The notes: a model not told the origin generated them from the letters alone. 63,366 nt of DNA, filler included, from Welwitschia mirabilis (GCA_051453625.1; 6 parts of one record of this genome joined end to end with filler, not necessarily neighbours in it), one strand, 5' to 3'; numbered from the whole stretch's first letter, positions 26,123 through 40,749 are shown. Numbers and translations are program-made.

Positions 26123-27376
26123 ATACCCAATGGGGTAGTAATATGTTAAAGAACTATAATGTTTATGTTATCTATAAACATTAAGAAGAGTGATTTTATT
26201 ACAAATTGAATGCTCATGGACTAAGAAAGACATGAATGAATTTAAGTTATACCTTTTGGATTGTTATTGTCTCTATTGTCGTCATATACATTCAAAATGT
26301 TTGTTGTATAAGTAGTTTCCTTGCTAAGTCTGTGTCTCTCACAATATATTTTTTTCCTTTTGTAATTTAGAGCTTATTGGTTTTCCAATTTGAAATCCAT
26401 TCTGCTATATTCTTATTTAGTTTTCAAAGGCCCTTAGAAGAAGACAACCTTGCAGTAAAGCTCTACAGAATCAAAATAGATAGATACATCGGAATATATA
26501 GGTTTCTTTATTAGTATTTGTAACTAACTTAATTATTATTTGTGGCTATATAAATTAAATAAAAATAACAACCTAAACAAATAGTAACATTCAAAAACAA
26601 ATCTAAACATGCATTACCTTTAAAACAAAAAGAAAAAAGAGAGTATAATGAGCTTTTCCTCACTTAAAAAGCATAAGTTAAAATTTACAACTCTGTTATT
26701 TAATTTTATAACTTTCTTATTTAATTNNNNNNNNNNNNNNNNNNNNNNNNNNNNNNNNNNNNNNNNNNNNNNNNNNNNNNNNNNNNNNNNNNNNNNNNNN
26801 NNNNNNNNNNNNNNNNNNNNNNNNNNNNNNNNNNNNNNNNNNNNNNNNNNNNNNNNNNNNNNNNNNNNNNNNNNNNNNNNNNNNNNNNNNNNNNNNNNNN
26901 NNNNNNNNNNNNNNNNNNNNNNNNNNNNNNNNNNNNNNNNNNNNNNNNNNNNNNNNNNNNNNNNNNNNNNNNNNNNNNNNNNNNNNNNNNNNNNNNNNNN
27001 NNNNNNNNNNNNNNNNNNNNNNNNNNNNNNNNNNNNNNNNNNNNNNNNNNNNNNNNNNNNNNNNNNNNNNNNNNNNNNNNNNNNNNNNNNNNNNNNNNNN
27101 NNNNNNNNNNNNNNNNNNNNNNNNNNNNNNNNNNNNNNNNNNNNNNNNNNNNNNTTTTTTATATCAGTTTATAATTATGTGTCTTAATTTTGTAAGTTTA
27201 TTATTTAATTTTATAAGTTAATTTATTAATTTTATAAATTTTTATTTAGTTCTATAAGTTTATTTTTTAATTTTATACATATTTATATTTACTTCAATAA
27301 CTTTATAATATTTTTAGTTTTATAAGTTTATAAGTTTTTTAATTTGATAAGTTCTTAGTTTACTCTGATATGTTTG

Positions 27377-30300
27377 TGTTGCAGTGTGTATTTATGAAAA
27401 TAATATGTCTTTACTTAAATCTTGTCAATCACAAATATATGCATAAACACAACACATTAACATAGATAGGAGTAGATCAGATTATCGTAATTTTATCGAA
27501 GGCACAGTGAGAAGAAAGAGAATTGATTTCAAACAATTTACTTATTTACTTTCTAAGTATAACAAAATAACATGTAGAGTAAATAATACAAATAAGCATA
27601 CTATGCAAATGAGATGCAAGACTAATCTAAATGCAAGATCTATTCGCTTACCAAATCAACATGTCATGGAGATCAACACTGTATAACCTAAATCAATTAA
27701 GGAAAGCCATCACTAAACTAAGACCAATTTAAGCTATCGTGCATCAAACAGAATATAAAAACAATGCAAGTTAATCTAGGAAATGAAATGCAATGGACCT
27801 AAACTACTAATATCAACCTTCACAAAGGTTGCCCTCATGATCTATATCATAGATGGAGCTGTCATGGAATCATAAGTAACATAAACCATAAGGGAGATGT
27901 ACATAACAAAAGATATGAAAAGAAAAATAGAGTTTTGATTATATTCGAATCAACATCCATGTTACAAAGCAGCAGCACCTCAATGAAGGATACATAGTCC
28001 AACACCAAGGGAAACATTTGCATCAATAAGAATGGATCTCCTACCCTTTAATCTCCTATTATGAGAGTTTTTGATGCTAAAGAAGATAAATTTGGAGTTA
28101 AGGGTGAAGGAGGTATTTATTACAAATAAGACTCTAAAAACATCAAACACTAACAAACGTGGTAAACTCTAATAGCTACACAAGAAGGCACATAATACAT
28201 GGTAAAATTTTAATAAAGTTTGGTGAACTGCTATATGTAGGTGTCATCTTGCTAGTCATCCAGACGCCACAAGAGATGATGCTACATCATATAGGATCTA
28301 CATCATCTACCAAATTAGTCTAGTAAGTGTCATAGTCAGCATAAGCTCTTCTATCATCCTTGCTATCATCTAGACAATAAGGTGGACGATGAGCTTTGTA
28401 AGATGTTTGTTGTATCAGATCAGCCTCTTTAATTATATGATTTTTGCTTTAGATGGAAAGTATTGCTATTTACCTTAAATGCTATCAAATGTGATGAAGA
28501 TTGCATGTTTTCATGATATTTGCCTTAGCTCTCCATTATCATTGAAACTCAGCATAAACCTGTCTAATGTCCTATAAAAATACTCAAAATACCCTATCAA
28601 ATAGATGTAATTTGGTAATGTAACATAACCCCCCACTTCACCTCGTCAGTTCCTGACAAAACTAGGCGAACAACCATGATTGTGAGTCAAATTGACTAAT
28701 GATAAATCAACTAGGGAACTGTAAAGTAAACTTAGAAATAATCTCAGAAATCTCAGAATGTAAAACAAAAATGTAAAAAATAGATAACTGGACATTTTAC
28801 CTATGATGAGTAAGTGGCTGTACTATCATCCTGGTGATTGCTCAGATGATGGAGGGGATGACAGACTCAAAAAATGTTCTTGGAAAACAACATCCTGTGA
28901 AAATTTTTTTAGAAATATAATCATTAAAGTGTAACAAAATTAACAACCCCTCACATAAATGTATAGCACATCATAAACTAATCATGCCTAACGTAAAAGA
29001 TCATCATCATGAAATATCTCAATAATACGTAAATGATGTGTACAATATCTCAAAAATAAAAATGGACACAATAATAATGCTAAGAAAATGATGGCTATAT
29101 AAAATTATGAGTTTTTAAGTGTAATTCATGAAGGAAAGATACATAATACAATATAATAAATAACTCTCCTCATCATGCCAAAATAAACCCCTGATGTGCA
29201 GCAGGTTCAGGTATAGGTGGCGAAGATGGAGGATGCTTAGAATCTGTAGGAAAATGATTATCAATGATTATCCTGATGGAATATAGTCTCGTTTCCCAAT
29301 GCTCTAACTACCTCTGAGATGTTAGAAGCAACATCAAGCTCAATGCATAATATGCAATCATGTACACTGATCAGTTGCTCCTCTATATGTTGAACTCTCC
29401 TATCAACTGTGGATATCATCTGATGTAGCTCAGTAAAGCCTCAATTCATAGCCTCTCTAAGGCCCTATGTTGTGTCTACTAGGAGAGCTTGTATCTGCTT
29501 AATGGTAATGCCAACCATAGGTCTTTGTACCTGAGGTTTCTCTGCCTCTCCTATAACCTGTATGCTCATGTCCTATAGGTAATGAGCTAATGTCTGAAGA
29601 TGTATAAGTCTCTGCTCACCCATAATCTTAGGTATACCGAAGCGTCTAGAAATAGCTGATAGGAGGCATGGATATCCTAAAGTCTATATCTGACGAGCCT
29701 TAATCATCATCTTGAGTCTCTTCCAAATGAAAGTCAGTAGATTCATCTACTCTCCCTGTCTGAAGACTGCTAGAATCTATAGATGGACTACCATGACATG
29801 ACTATTATGGAACAATGAACTACTGTTATGGATTAGTCCTCTGTGCAGAATCCAATAGGTAAATGATAGACGTGTCACCAAAACTCCCTACTTATTACTA
29901 GTAATATCAACTGGAATATCTAACATTAAGCCATAAGCACGAAGCTGCTCTATACCACTAACTGAATGAATGTGTGTACCACCAATACCACCTAAGTTAG
30001 TAACTACAGTGATGTATCTCAAAAGAATGAATATCTCATGGCTGTGGATAGTAGTTATAATCATATCAACCAAGTGGCCATGAGCATTAAATTTCTTCTC
30101 AATGTGAATCGTGTCATAAATATCTAGTCCCAGAGGTTTTATAAACTCCATATGCATCCACTATCCATCTAAATTATAACTCCATTAATCTCTGATCTAC
30201 CTCTAATTCAATCCTACGCATGAAATCTCTGAAGTGTCTCTAACTGAAGAGAGAGTGATCAAGCCTGTCAAGGTGGTGGATGCATGGGTTTTACACCCTT

Positions 30301-32751
30301 ATACCTCAACCTATACCTTAGCCTCAACCTATCTATCTCATTGTGTGCATGACCTAATCAATCATAAATGCAAAGCACATTACATGAGATCAAGTCGAAA
30401 ATGTGTCGTGTAAATCCTAAAACGACCCCAGAAGTCGGTTTTTGTATAAAAATTACAAAAATATGTCTTCTTCCCCTCTCAAGAGAATTAATGCATCTTG
30501 TATTTCCTAATCATGCGAAGAAAAAGCATGAAATGTGAGAAAAATCGAAAAGTGTTAAATGGGTGGAATCCACAGAAGGTAAAAAATGAAGCTGCTTGAA
30601 GCAAAAAACCTAACATAGTAGAAGCATAGAACTTATCTCACTGATTAATTCACTTATAAGGACCACTACGTTTTGAATTATGGCTTTCAAGAAAAGAGTT
30701 TCAAAGATTAAAAAACTAATTCTACCTCGTAAAACACATAAATTTAGATATCTCATAAAATACTTAATGAAGATCAGATTTGTGAGTAACAAATTGATGA
30801 GCATGAAAAACTAAATAATATATATGAAAAATAATGCTCTAAAAGATTAAAAAAATAGAAGAAAAATTAAAAATAATGAAGGAGAGAAAAACATACATCA
30901 TTTCGACAAATTTGTTGAAATCTCACAATCTAGGGTATGAAATTAACTGATGCAATATCCAAAACATCAGTGGGCCCTAGTGTGATACATGACTCATGAA
31001 AAAAATAAATATACATGGCATGAGAATGAAAAAAATGGTGGAAAATAAGTTCATCCATGGTTTTATTGCATTATCATCCAACCGCATCATCTAGATGATA
31101 ATCCTAGAATGACTATCAAAAAAATCTCAGTTGTCGTCCACCTTGTCATTTGGACGACTCAGTGGATGACAGGATTTTAAAAAGAAAAATGAAAATGTTA
31201 GCCAAACACATTAGGATTAGATATTAATGTGAAGGTATCAAAATTTATTAGAAAATACAAAAGATAGGGAATGACAAATAATTGTAACTAATAAGCATTA
31301 AGAATGAAGAAAAACTCAAAGAATCGAAAGATAGAATAATGAAAACATACTAACTAGGATGAAGCCTAACAAAGAAGACTGAACAAATGTTCCCAAACTA
31401 AAAAATTATCATGAAAATGTGTAGAACTCCAAAAGATTCAAAGGAACATCATGAAAATCATAAAGAATATCTTCTAATTAAAATGCTGACAGAAAGTTAA
31501 CTTTTATTGATAAAACAATACAAGTGAAAAATGAAAATAGCAATAAGGAAACTATTGAATGATATGATCCTAAAAATAATGATGAAAAAGTTATAAAAAT
31601 AACTTTAAAATAACAAACCAAATAATTAAAATAAAAATAGAACAAAAACAAATAACTAGAAACATAAAGAAGTTAGCGTACCTACCTTAAATTCCAACCC
31701 AGCAAACCCCCTCGATTGACATCATAAAGCCACCTGAGTAAAGATGCATGACAAAATATACTGATTTGATAAAGTTCTATTAGAAAAGGCAGTGATTATG
31801 ATGACACCAAAAATTAAGTGCTCGAAACAATGAATGATAAATTCAAAAGCTTTCTTAGAAATAAACTCACTTGCTCACACCTCAAAACACACCTCAATGC
31901 TCAAAAGTGAAATGATCATGTGGAAATATTAAAAGTTTAGAAAAAAAGAAATGCTTCTGATAATAATAAGAACACCACTAATCCCATAATCTCAAAGTTT
32001 CATTACTACTTTCCATGATGAGGGGAGTGCAATCATAGTCAGAGAAGTAAGGACTTGTGAAGCATGGCTAACTGATCCCCTAGTGGAGTTTCCATAGCTA
32101 CCAATAATGCCAAAGGTTCCTTTTGAAAAAAATACTCCAGTATGGTAGGAAATCACGATGGCCATGTATTTTAGCATAGAGACAATAAAGCATGGTCATT
32201 ATTTTTATTTTTTATTTTTTTGAATAAATCCCACATAATCACACACTCAAAAAGACGAAGGTGAAGAAGTGAGATGAAAGATAAAAAAGTAACATATTTA
32301 AATAACCAAAGACCTTACACCATTAAGAAAAATACAAGAACCAAGCATCTTCCTTCAAAATAAAGCTCATAGACATTTAAATGTCTTAAAATTGGGTGAA
32401 TCCAATATTATCACTATAAAATGCCCAAATACAAATACTGGTCATGGAAACTTCAGAAAGAAAATACATAAGTTAAGTTAAAGATGATTAAGTGACATCA
32501 TAAAATCCACCAAAGAAATAGGCTAAGAGAGAATTCAAACACTGGTAGAGAGGAAGTCCTCCTTATTGAGGGAAACCTCCAAAACAATTTCTTCTATCAT
32601 GTTCAAGGTTGCATTGAAAGTTTTTTTCATATATTTTCCACCTTTATCCATTAACTTTTTGAATCTCCCTAGTGTCTAAGACAAAAATCTCAATCAAGCC
32701 ATTAGAATGTACTTTTTCTATAAGATAAGGACCTAATCATTTAGAGTTCCA
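27377..32751 (-). mobile_element. Athila-like Gypsy element, 3' half: integrase C-terminus, long non-coding spacer, env-like ORF, PPT and 1249-bp 3' LTR (27377-28625)
   Basis: Minus strand 32751-32627 reads WNSK*LGPYLIEKVHSNGLIEI..KVNG*RWKIY (GPY/F motif). PPT AGTGGGGGGTTA (reverse complement of 28626-28637) abuts TGTTAC. The LTR ends ...TGCAACA at 27377. Confidence 0.85.
29200..30350 (-). pseudogene. Decayed env-like (extra) ORF of the Athila-like element
   Basis: Lies between pol and the PPT in sense orientation. Translation gives MNLLTFIWKRLKMM..TLGYPCLLSAISRRFGIP (~29620-29750), then a heptad-like FTELHQMISTVDRRVQHIEEQL (~29370-29440). Multiple stops. Confidence 0.65.
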
Positions 32752-33636
32752 TGTTACGACGCTAACTTATGTGTATTTGATAGGGTATTTTAAGTTGTTT
32801 TGCAGATGAATTAATAGATAATTACTTAGTTCTTATGACAATCGAGAATCAAGGAGCACAAAACAAAACAATGCAATTATCAGATAATTCACAAGAATTT
32901 CATATAGATATAAGCAAGTATCATTTTGAATAATTATTCCTGCAAACAATGAGAAATTAGACTAATTGAAGATCAAGAAAAATCTGTCATCCAAGCCATC
33001 ATCTAAACGACATTCAGGACAATAACTTCACTCGAGCAATAAACAAAGTTCATGTTCAGATAACTTGCAGATAAGCTGAGATCGATCTATAGACTTAGTC
33101 GTCCTCCTAATCGTCTAGACGACAATTGCAGACAACATTATTAGAACTAGTCGACAACAATTTACAAGCAGATCATTAGCAGATAAACTAAAGCAAAACC
33201 AGAGTTCTAATTATCGATCCTCATCGTCTCCATCTTCATCTAGACAACAGTAAAGATGATACTGTTTTTCTTTACTTTTACCGAATGTATTCTAAGTTGT
33301 CACCACTTCTTTGTGACTTTACTTTGTATGTTAGGTAGGGTTTCTTTTTTAGTTTTATGTTAGTTCCCTTTTCCTTTTTGTCTATAAATAAAGATCTCCC
33401 CCTTGATCCGTAATCATCTTTGACAGTACCTGACATTCTTATGATAGGAGATCTTGGGACCGGAGAACCATCTTATAATCCAGAGAGATGTTACCTTGGT
33501 GTTGGATAGCGTATCCTCCATTGAGGAACGACTGCTTTGTGATACAGATGTCTTTTATACTTTTTAATATGAATTATCCTTTTTATTAATAATTGTAGGA
33601 ACTTATCCCTCATAGTTTATGTTGTTTAAGATTCGT
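32752..33636 (+). mobile_element. LTR of a related Athila-like subfamily inserted in opposite orientation into the integrase
   Basis: Begins TGTTACGACGCTAACTTATGTGTATTTGATAGGGTATTTT, homologous to the reverse complement of 28585-28625. TATA box at ~33383. Ends at a scaffold spacer. Confidence 0.8.
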
Positions 33637-33736
33637 NNNNNNNNNNNNNNNNNNNNNNNNNNNNNNNNNNNNNNNNNNNNTTAATTAATTAANNNNNNNN
33701 NNNNNNNNNNNNNNNNNNNNNNNNNNNNNNNNNNNN

Positions 33737-34850
33737 AGAATTAATTTTAAATGAAATATTTATACACTTTCTATGTAGAACAAAATAAAAATGCAAAGTA
33801 AATAATTCAATAAGCACACTATGCAAATGAGATGCAAGACTAATCTAAATGCAATGTCTATTTGATTACCAAATCAACCTATCACAGAGATCAATCTTGT
33901 ATAACCTAGATCAATTAAGGAAAGCCATTACTAGGCAAAGACCAATCTAAGCTATCAAGTGTGTTGAATAGAATATGAAAACAGTGCAAGTTAATTTAAG
34001 AAATAAAATGCAATGCACCTGAACTACCAACATGAGCCTTAACAAAATTTTCCCTCATGATCTATGTCACATATGAAACTGACACAGAATGATAAGCAAC
34101 ATAAACCATAACAAACATGTACATAATAAAAGATATGAAAATGAAAATAGATTTTTGATTATATGTGAACCAACATCCATGCTATAAAGTAGAAGCACCT
34201 CAATGAAGGATACATACCCCAATACCAAGAAAGATGTTTCTCTACAACTACAAGGATGGAGCTCCTATTCTTTGATCTCCTATCATAAGAATTTCCAATA
34301 TCATAGAAGATAAAGTTAGAGTAAAAAATGAAGGAGATATTTATTACAAATAAGACTCTAAAAACAACAAATACTAACAGATGTGGTAAAATCCTAATAG
34401 CCATGCAAAAAGGCGTATGATACATGATAAAAGTTTGGTGAAGTTTAGTAAACTATTATATTTAGGTGTTATCCTACTAGTTGTCTGGATGTCACAGGAG
34501 ATGATGCTACATATATAAGATCCGCATTAGTTGCTGGATTAGTCTAATAAGCATCATAGTCAGCATAATTTCTTTTGTCATCTATACTATTATCTGGATG
34601 ATAAGGTGGATGATGGGCTTTATAAAGATGTTTCTTGTGTTAGATCAGTCTCTTTAATTATAGGATTTCTGTTTTAGATAGAAAGTATTGCAACTTGCCT
34701 TAAATATTATCAGATGTAATGAAGATTGTATGCTTTTGTGATATTTACCTTATCTCTCCATTATCGTTGGAACTCAGCATAAACTTATCTATAGTCCTGC
34801 AAAAATACTTAAAATATCTTATCACATACATACAATTTGACAATGCAAAA
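33737..34850 (-). mobile_element. LTR matching 27377-28625 (probable 5' LTR of that element)
   Basis: Colinear with ~27520-28625 throughout. Outer flanks GTTTG (27372-27376) and ATTTA (34851-34855) differ by two G>A changes, consistent with a decayed TSD. It sits on a different scaffold. Confidence 0.8.
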
Positions 34851-35563
34851 ATTTATTTTTATTTTTTAAGATTTTTCTAATTTTATAAGTTTATATGTTT
34901 GTTATTTACTTTTGTTAGTTTTTAAACTTTAATAAGATTTTCTTTTTTATAAGTTTTTTAATTTTACAAGTTTACAAGTTTTTTAATTTTATAAGTGATA
35001 AGAACTTGGGATTAAGATTTTTTTATGCTGATTTATGTAATGAAAATAGAAAAAAGCATGGAATATTTTGTGCTATTATAACCTTAATCTCATAAATTCA
35101 TCATAAACATATTTTATTCAAGGGGAGACCTTAAAGAACCTAGTTTTCTTTAAAGTATGAATTTTTTATTTAGATTTAATGCTTAGGTTATTGAAAATGA
35201 ATTTCTTATAGAAACTAATGCTTTTACAAGATCGTTAAGATCAATTCTTAGAATGATAAAGTACTATATTAATTATATTACTAGCTATGCAAATAAAATA
35301 CAACATAAGGGGTTATGTAATGTAAGAATAATAGTAAAATAATATTATATAACACCTATTTCTAAGCACTATTATATCCTAATACATACTTAGTAACAAA
35401 TACGGGAGCAAGATAAAATAAAGTATTACTTTTTCAAGTAATATGATAGTTTACAAAGATTTTTAGATTGTAATCAAGGTAAAATGACATTCTAGAGAAA
35501 AAAGGAGGGAAGGTCAAAGAAAAGGAAAAAAACCTTTTAAGTTTTTTAATATGAAATAAATGG

Positions 35564-36040
35564 TGTAGTGGAAATCATAACACAAACATAATATTTTTTA
35601 GAAATGAAATGATCCTATTATGATAAATAAACTAATTACAAACAGTGCCTCCTTTGTAGGTCATAACTAAAATGAGAAGAGTACTCTAAGGATGATCGTA
35701 AGGCTTGTTACCATTCTTGAATGTTATGCAAAATGTGCCAAATGATTTCTATAATGGAAGCTACTGTATTTATACTAGTTTTTGGATAGTTAGAAGGAGG
35801 ACACTTGTATAAGAGTAGATAATATCTTTTCCTTTATTTAAGGGAGTACATTACCACTTGTGATGTATAAACTTAGTGGTGTGTAAATACATATTTCCCC
35901 ATTTTGTAGAGTTGTCTCCATTTATCATGTGACATTTACATGTAATAGAGTTATTTTCCTTCCTTATTTTCATATTGTTCTCCATTATTAGTTATTGTGA
36001 CACTTGTCATCATCCTAAGTTTACTATATTAATTTCTACA
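35564..36040. mobile_element. Solo LTR (477 bp)
   Basis: Inverted termini TGTAG...CTACA with flanking AATGG/AATGA (4/5 TSD). Confidence 0.6.
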
Positions 36041-36429
36041 AATGAATATAAACATAATAAACATTAAATTCCTAGTCATACATTTATTTATAATATATTC
36101 TCCTTTGCTAGTCTAATTGCTAATATAATCTAATACATAATTATCAAACATAATTGTAATTAGTTTCATAGAATAAATATTAGTTTCTATGTTTATAACA
36201 TATGCATTAAAATATAAATTTTTACTCCATTAGTAAGTTTATAATTTTTTAATTTTATAAGTTTTTAAATTAATTTTATAAGTTTGTTTTTTTGATTTTG
36301 TAAGTTTTTTAATTATTTAAAGAATCAATGGAGTAGACTTTATTTTAAATGAAAAGAAACCTTAACTCAACAGGGTGTAAAGATCTAAGCAAATAAATTA
36401 AATTAAAGAATATACTCTATTGAGCAATG

Positions 36430-37260
36430 TAAAATATGCACAAAAAAATCTAAATAATAATACTTTTTGACATTAGTAATTTAAATAAATTACATCAACA
36501 TTATAATATCATTAATTTGCAATGAACATTCTTATGAAGAAATTTCTTGCAATTTAAAACACAAGATATAAATGAAAAACCTTGTAGGTTGTTAATGCTC
36601 TTCTTCTTGTGATTTATATATTTTATGTAGGCTTTAGTGTGATTTTAATTCCTCCTAGTTCATTTACTTTGATCTTGCTAATGATGATAACCTTTTTGAT
36701 CTTGCATTTTTACTTTTTTAGAGTTTCTTGTTTGGCTTCCACATCCTTGCAATCATTAAATTATGAATACTTCTGTCTGCCTCTTTTTTGTAACCTTTGC
36801 AGTTTTCTTAGGCCTCCTTTTATAGGGTAAATTTAGCAATGCAAAGATATACAAGGACATTAATATTACATTGCTCAAAATATAGAAATAAATGGTAAAG
36901 AATAATAAGAATAAATGTTTTAGATCGACAGTTTCTAATCTAATACATTCTTATGGAGAAATTGCTTTAGTTTAAAAAGAAACATATAAATTTAAAACTC
37001 GTAGGCTATCAATGATCCTTTTTCTATAATATCTATTTTTTGTGCAAGATTCATTGTGATTTTAGTTCCCCCTTATTTGTTCCTTTGATATTATTAATCA
37101 TAACCACCTTTTTCTTCCTCTATTTTTACTTTTATGGAGTTTCTTTTTCAACTTCTGTAGCATTATAACCACCAAATTATAAATCCTTTTATTTGCTTCT
37201 TCTTTGTAGGCTTTGTAGATTTTTTTGGAACTCTTTTTAGAGTGTGAATTTAGCCTCATT
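36430..37260. repeat. Old tandem duplication with a period of ~415 bp
   Basis: 36520-36840 aligns with 36940-37255 (ACATTCTTATG.AGAAATT; GTAGG.T.T.AATG; ..GTRAATTTAGC). Confidence 0.7.
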
Positions 37261-38599
37261 TAGTATTTTTTTTAAATAAAATTATTTCTTTTATAAAACT
37301 ATTTATTTTTAATTAAATAATAAACTTTTTTAACTAGTTCTTTTATAAAACTATTTTTTGTTCTTTTAATTAAATAATAAAATTTTTTATTGGCCACATT
37401 TGGTAGTTTTTTTCATTTTATAAAACTATATTTTATGTTTTTAATTAAATAATAAACTTTTGTATTAGCATCATTTGGTTGGTTTTTCTCTTTCTGAAAC
37501 TATTTTTAATTTTTTAAAAGCTATTTATTAATCCTATTTAGTACTTTTTTTTATTTCACAAAACTATATTTTATGTTTTTAATTAAATAATAATTTTTTT
37601 AAAAAACTAATTTTTTTATGTTGGTTTTAATAAATAAAAAATAGATAACCTATCCACGAGAATTTAATGACTGGGAGTTAGCCTCTTAGCTAATAAAATA
37701 AGTAACATTGTTTAGGACAAATCAGTGATTGTGGATTCATCTCTTGGCTAATATGGTTATACTATGTAAATATTATAATAATAATATGAGTTTTAGTATT
37801 TACAATTGTGATTTGTTTTGCATAATGAAATAATATTATGAGTTCGGTATTTAAATATATTATACTAAAGTAATTGGTAGGAATTTTTTCCCCTTCTCTT
37901 AGAACTTTGTAGTTAAAAAGGCCTGTAGTAGATAGGATGGAAATGGATGACCTCTTGAAAAGTACAAGATAGCATATAAAATAATAACAAATAGACTAAA
38001 AATTAACAAATGGAATAAAAATAAGTTAATTAAGGTTATGGACATAGGAATAGAGTTATTTAATATTTTCTAATAAGTAAATAAATTAAAAATGAAATGT
38101 ATTATAAATTGGGAAACTCGTGTAATATAATTTTGTAAATAAGGAAATTAATGTAATATAATTTCATTGCTAACATTTTTAGTCTTATTGATATTATCGT
38201 CCATGTATGTAACACAAAGAAAAGGAACAAAATGTTAAAAAGGTTTATGAAAGGAATTTATTTATAACTCTTGAGAATTATTCCTATGTATTTTATGAAT
38301 TAGAGGAACCTAAGATGTCAACATTAAACATGTGTTCCTATTAATATTATTGTAATGTGTCTTAATCGTACTAATCTCTTTGAATTTTCTATAATGTTCA
38401 TTATGTAATACCACTAAAGCCTTAAAGTCTGTAAAGAGCCATCTATGATGATTACTACTTTTTGCAATATGATTAGAAAAATGATAATGAAAATTGAGAA
38501 GTAAATCTGTAAGGATGTGATTCATTAGTGGATATAATTTTTAAATGATTTATTAGTATATAAATAATAATTAATAAAACCAATTAAAAGATTAGTATA

Positions 38600-39400
38600 T
38601 GATGTAAATATTAAGATACATGAGTAGTATAAGAATTTATGGGGAAAAACATCTAATGGAAAATGGAAAATGCAAAAGAGTCCAAGTAATCAGTGAATTG
38701 AGACAAGGGTTCACTCTATCTCCTTTCTCTTCATTTTAGCTATAGAAGAACTAGTAAGCCATGTAAGAGGGCTTGCATCAAAAGGAAATAATTAAAGAAC
38801 CGACTCTAGCTTAAGGTTATTATTAGTTCATACATTCATAATTTATTAATAATGACATTTTTTTCTTCTGTAAGCTTGAGGAAGGCTACATTAGGAATAT
38901 GAAATTATCTCTTGAAGCTTTCTCCACTACTTTGGGACTACTCATTAATTTTAACAAGAGTAAAATTTACACTTTTCACAGTAATGATCATTTAAATGCA
39001 CTTATTCATAAGATATTAATTATGAAAAGGACTCACTTCCCATAAAATATCTTGATCTCTTCATTAGGACAATTAAAATTACCAAATATATTTGCATACA
39101 TATTATCTTAAAAACAAATAAAATATTAGCAGTATAAAAAGGGAAGCTTTTAACCAAATTTAGAAGGTTATAGCTTACTAGATACTGACTTTAGTCTTTA
39201 TACATGATGTCTCATTATAGAACTCCTTCATTAATCTGAAACTACATGAAAAAGGTGAAAAGATAAATTTTTTAGAGTAGCCTTGTTAAAAGGAAGATTT
39301 ACATGGTTGTTTAAAAAAAATGGCAAGATGAGGATTTAGGACATAACCATATTTTAGGGCTTAACATTATATTATGCGAAAATTATTATGACCATTATAA
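38600..39400 (+). mobile_element. Decayed L1-clade LINE RT fragment
   Basis: LRQG..LSP/LFILAIEEL (~38698-38755), NDIFFFC..AFSTTLGLLINFNKSKI (~38850-38967), SLPIKYL.L (~39033) and KGKLLT (~39138). Confidence 0.8.
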
Positions 39401-40131
39401 GCTTTGGATTATACTAATGAAGAGGTATACCTTTATGATTGCGTAAAGTTTTATAATGTGTGCACTATCATTCAATCATCCTTTGTTTGACGAAGTTATG
39501 AGAAGATTAGGGCCTTGGTTTTTGACACATTTTAATGTGAAATTCATCCTTTACCTTTGATGGATATAACATTATCCTTCGTCATGAGGAAAATAAGCTA
39601 CTCAAGAATTGACATCTTTAATGCTTACTTATAATAACTTAAATATTCATGCATAAGTTATAAATAGATAAGATTTGAAAAATGTCTATTTTGATAAGAT
39701 GAAGCGTACAAAGTCCTTTAGCATGCTAGTTTTGTGAAAGTAATAAGACAATAGATCATCTTTTTGTAACATGTCTAGCTTTGGATAACTTGTGAGATAG
39801 ATATATAGTATTAGTTAGGTGGCACATTCAAGACATAATCTTGTTAACTTATAGTAGTTGACAAGGCTACTTTAGGATGAATCAAAAGAAGAAGTAATAA
39901 CTCCTCTTACCTTTATTCCTATACAAAATCTAAAAGGCTTATAATGTTAAAATTTTTTCAAAGATAAAGAAGCTTTACTAGCCTCTACATGAAGCTCATT
40001 CTTTCACAACTAAAGATTTATAGTGGTTCTTCAAACAACTGTAATCTTCTTAGTGTAGATCATTATCATAATAAGACTCATTTCTATTCCATATTTGGTA
40101 GGACAAATAGCTTGGATGTTGCCTATTGTTT

Positions 40132-40278
40132 CTTTTTGTCCCTTTTCCTTCCTCTCCCTCTCCCTCTCCCTCTGTTGTTCTTTTCCTCCCTTTCTCTCTA
40201 TTTCTCCCTCTCTCTCTCCTTCCCCCCCTCCTCTCTCTCTCTCTCGATTTCTCTCCCTCTCTCTCTTCCCCTCCTTTT
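40132..40278. repeat. Imperfect (CT)n microsatellite / pyrimidine tract
   Basis: Directly visible. It generates the spurious S/L/P-rich ORFs at 39989-40308. Confidence 0.9.
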
Positions 40279-40749
40279 ATTATAAGTCTTATGCTTAGTT
40301 ATTATTGATTCTCTTAAATTTAGTGATAAAATATTAGTCTTAAAACTTTCTAGCTATTGGTTTTTAACTTGATCATGGATGGATGATTTTCTAGTGGAAT
40401 TCTTATTCATGAATCAAAGGAAATAGGATTTATAATTTTATTGAGATAAAGAGGTTATGAGTGGAGGGTAAAAAAAATATGTTAAATAAGAAAGAAAACA
40501 TTTAGAAATACCTTCTGAAAGGTTAAGGTAAATGAATAACATTTTTTCTATAGATCAATATTTTCAAACTCCTAGTTATGAAGTTTTAGTATTATCAAAC
40601 TTTGGTTTAACAATATGAGTGATAACAAAGTGGTATTTTTGGCCAAGAGACCAATTCCAAGCCACTTATATATCTGGGATAATGTTATATTTTTTAACTA
40701 TTTTAAAAATAGTCTTTTACTTTAAAATTATAGTTTTAGTTAGAAAAGG

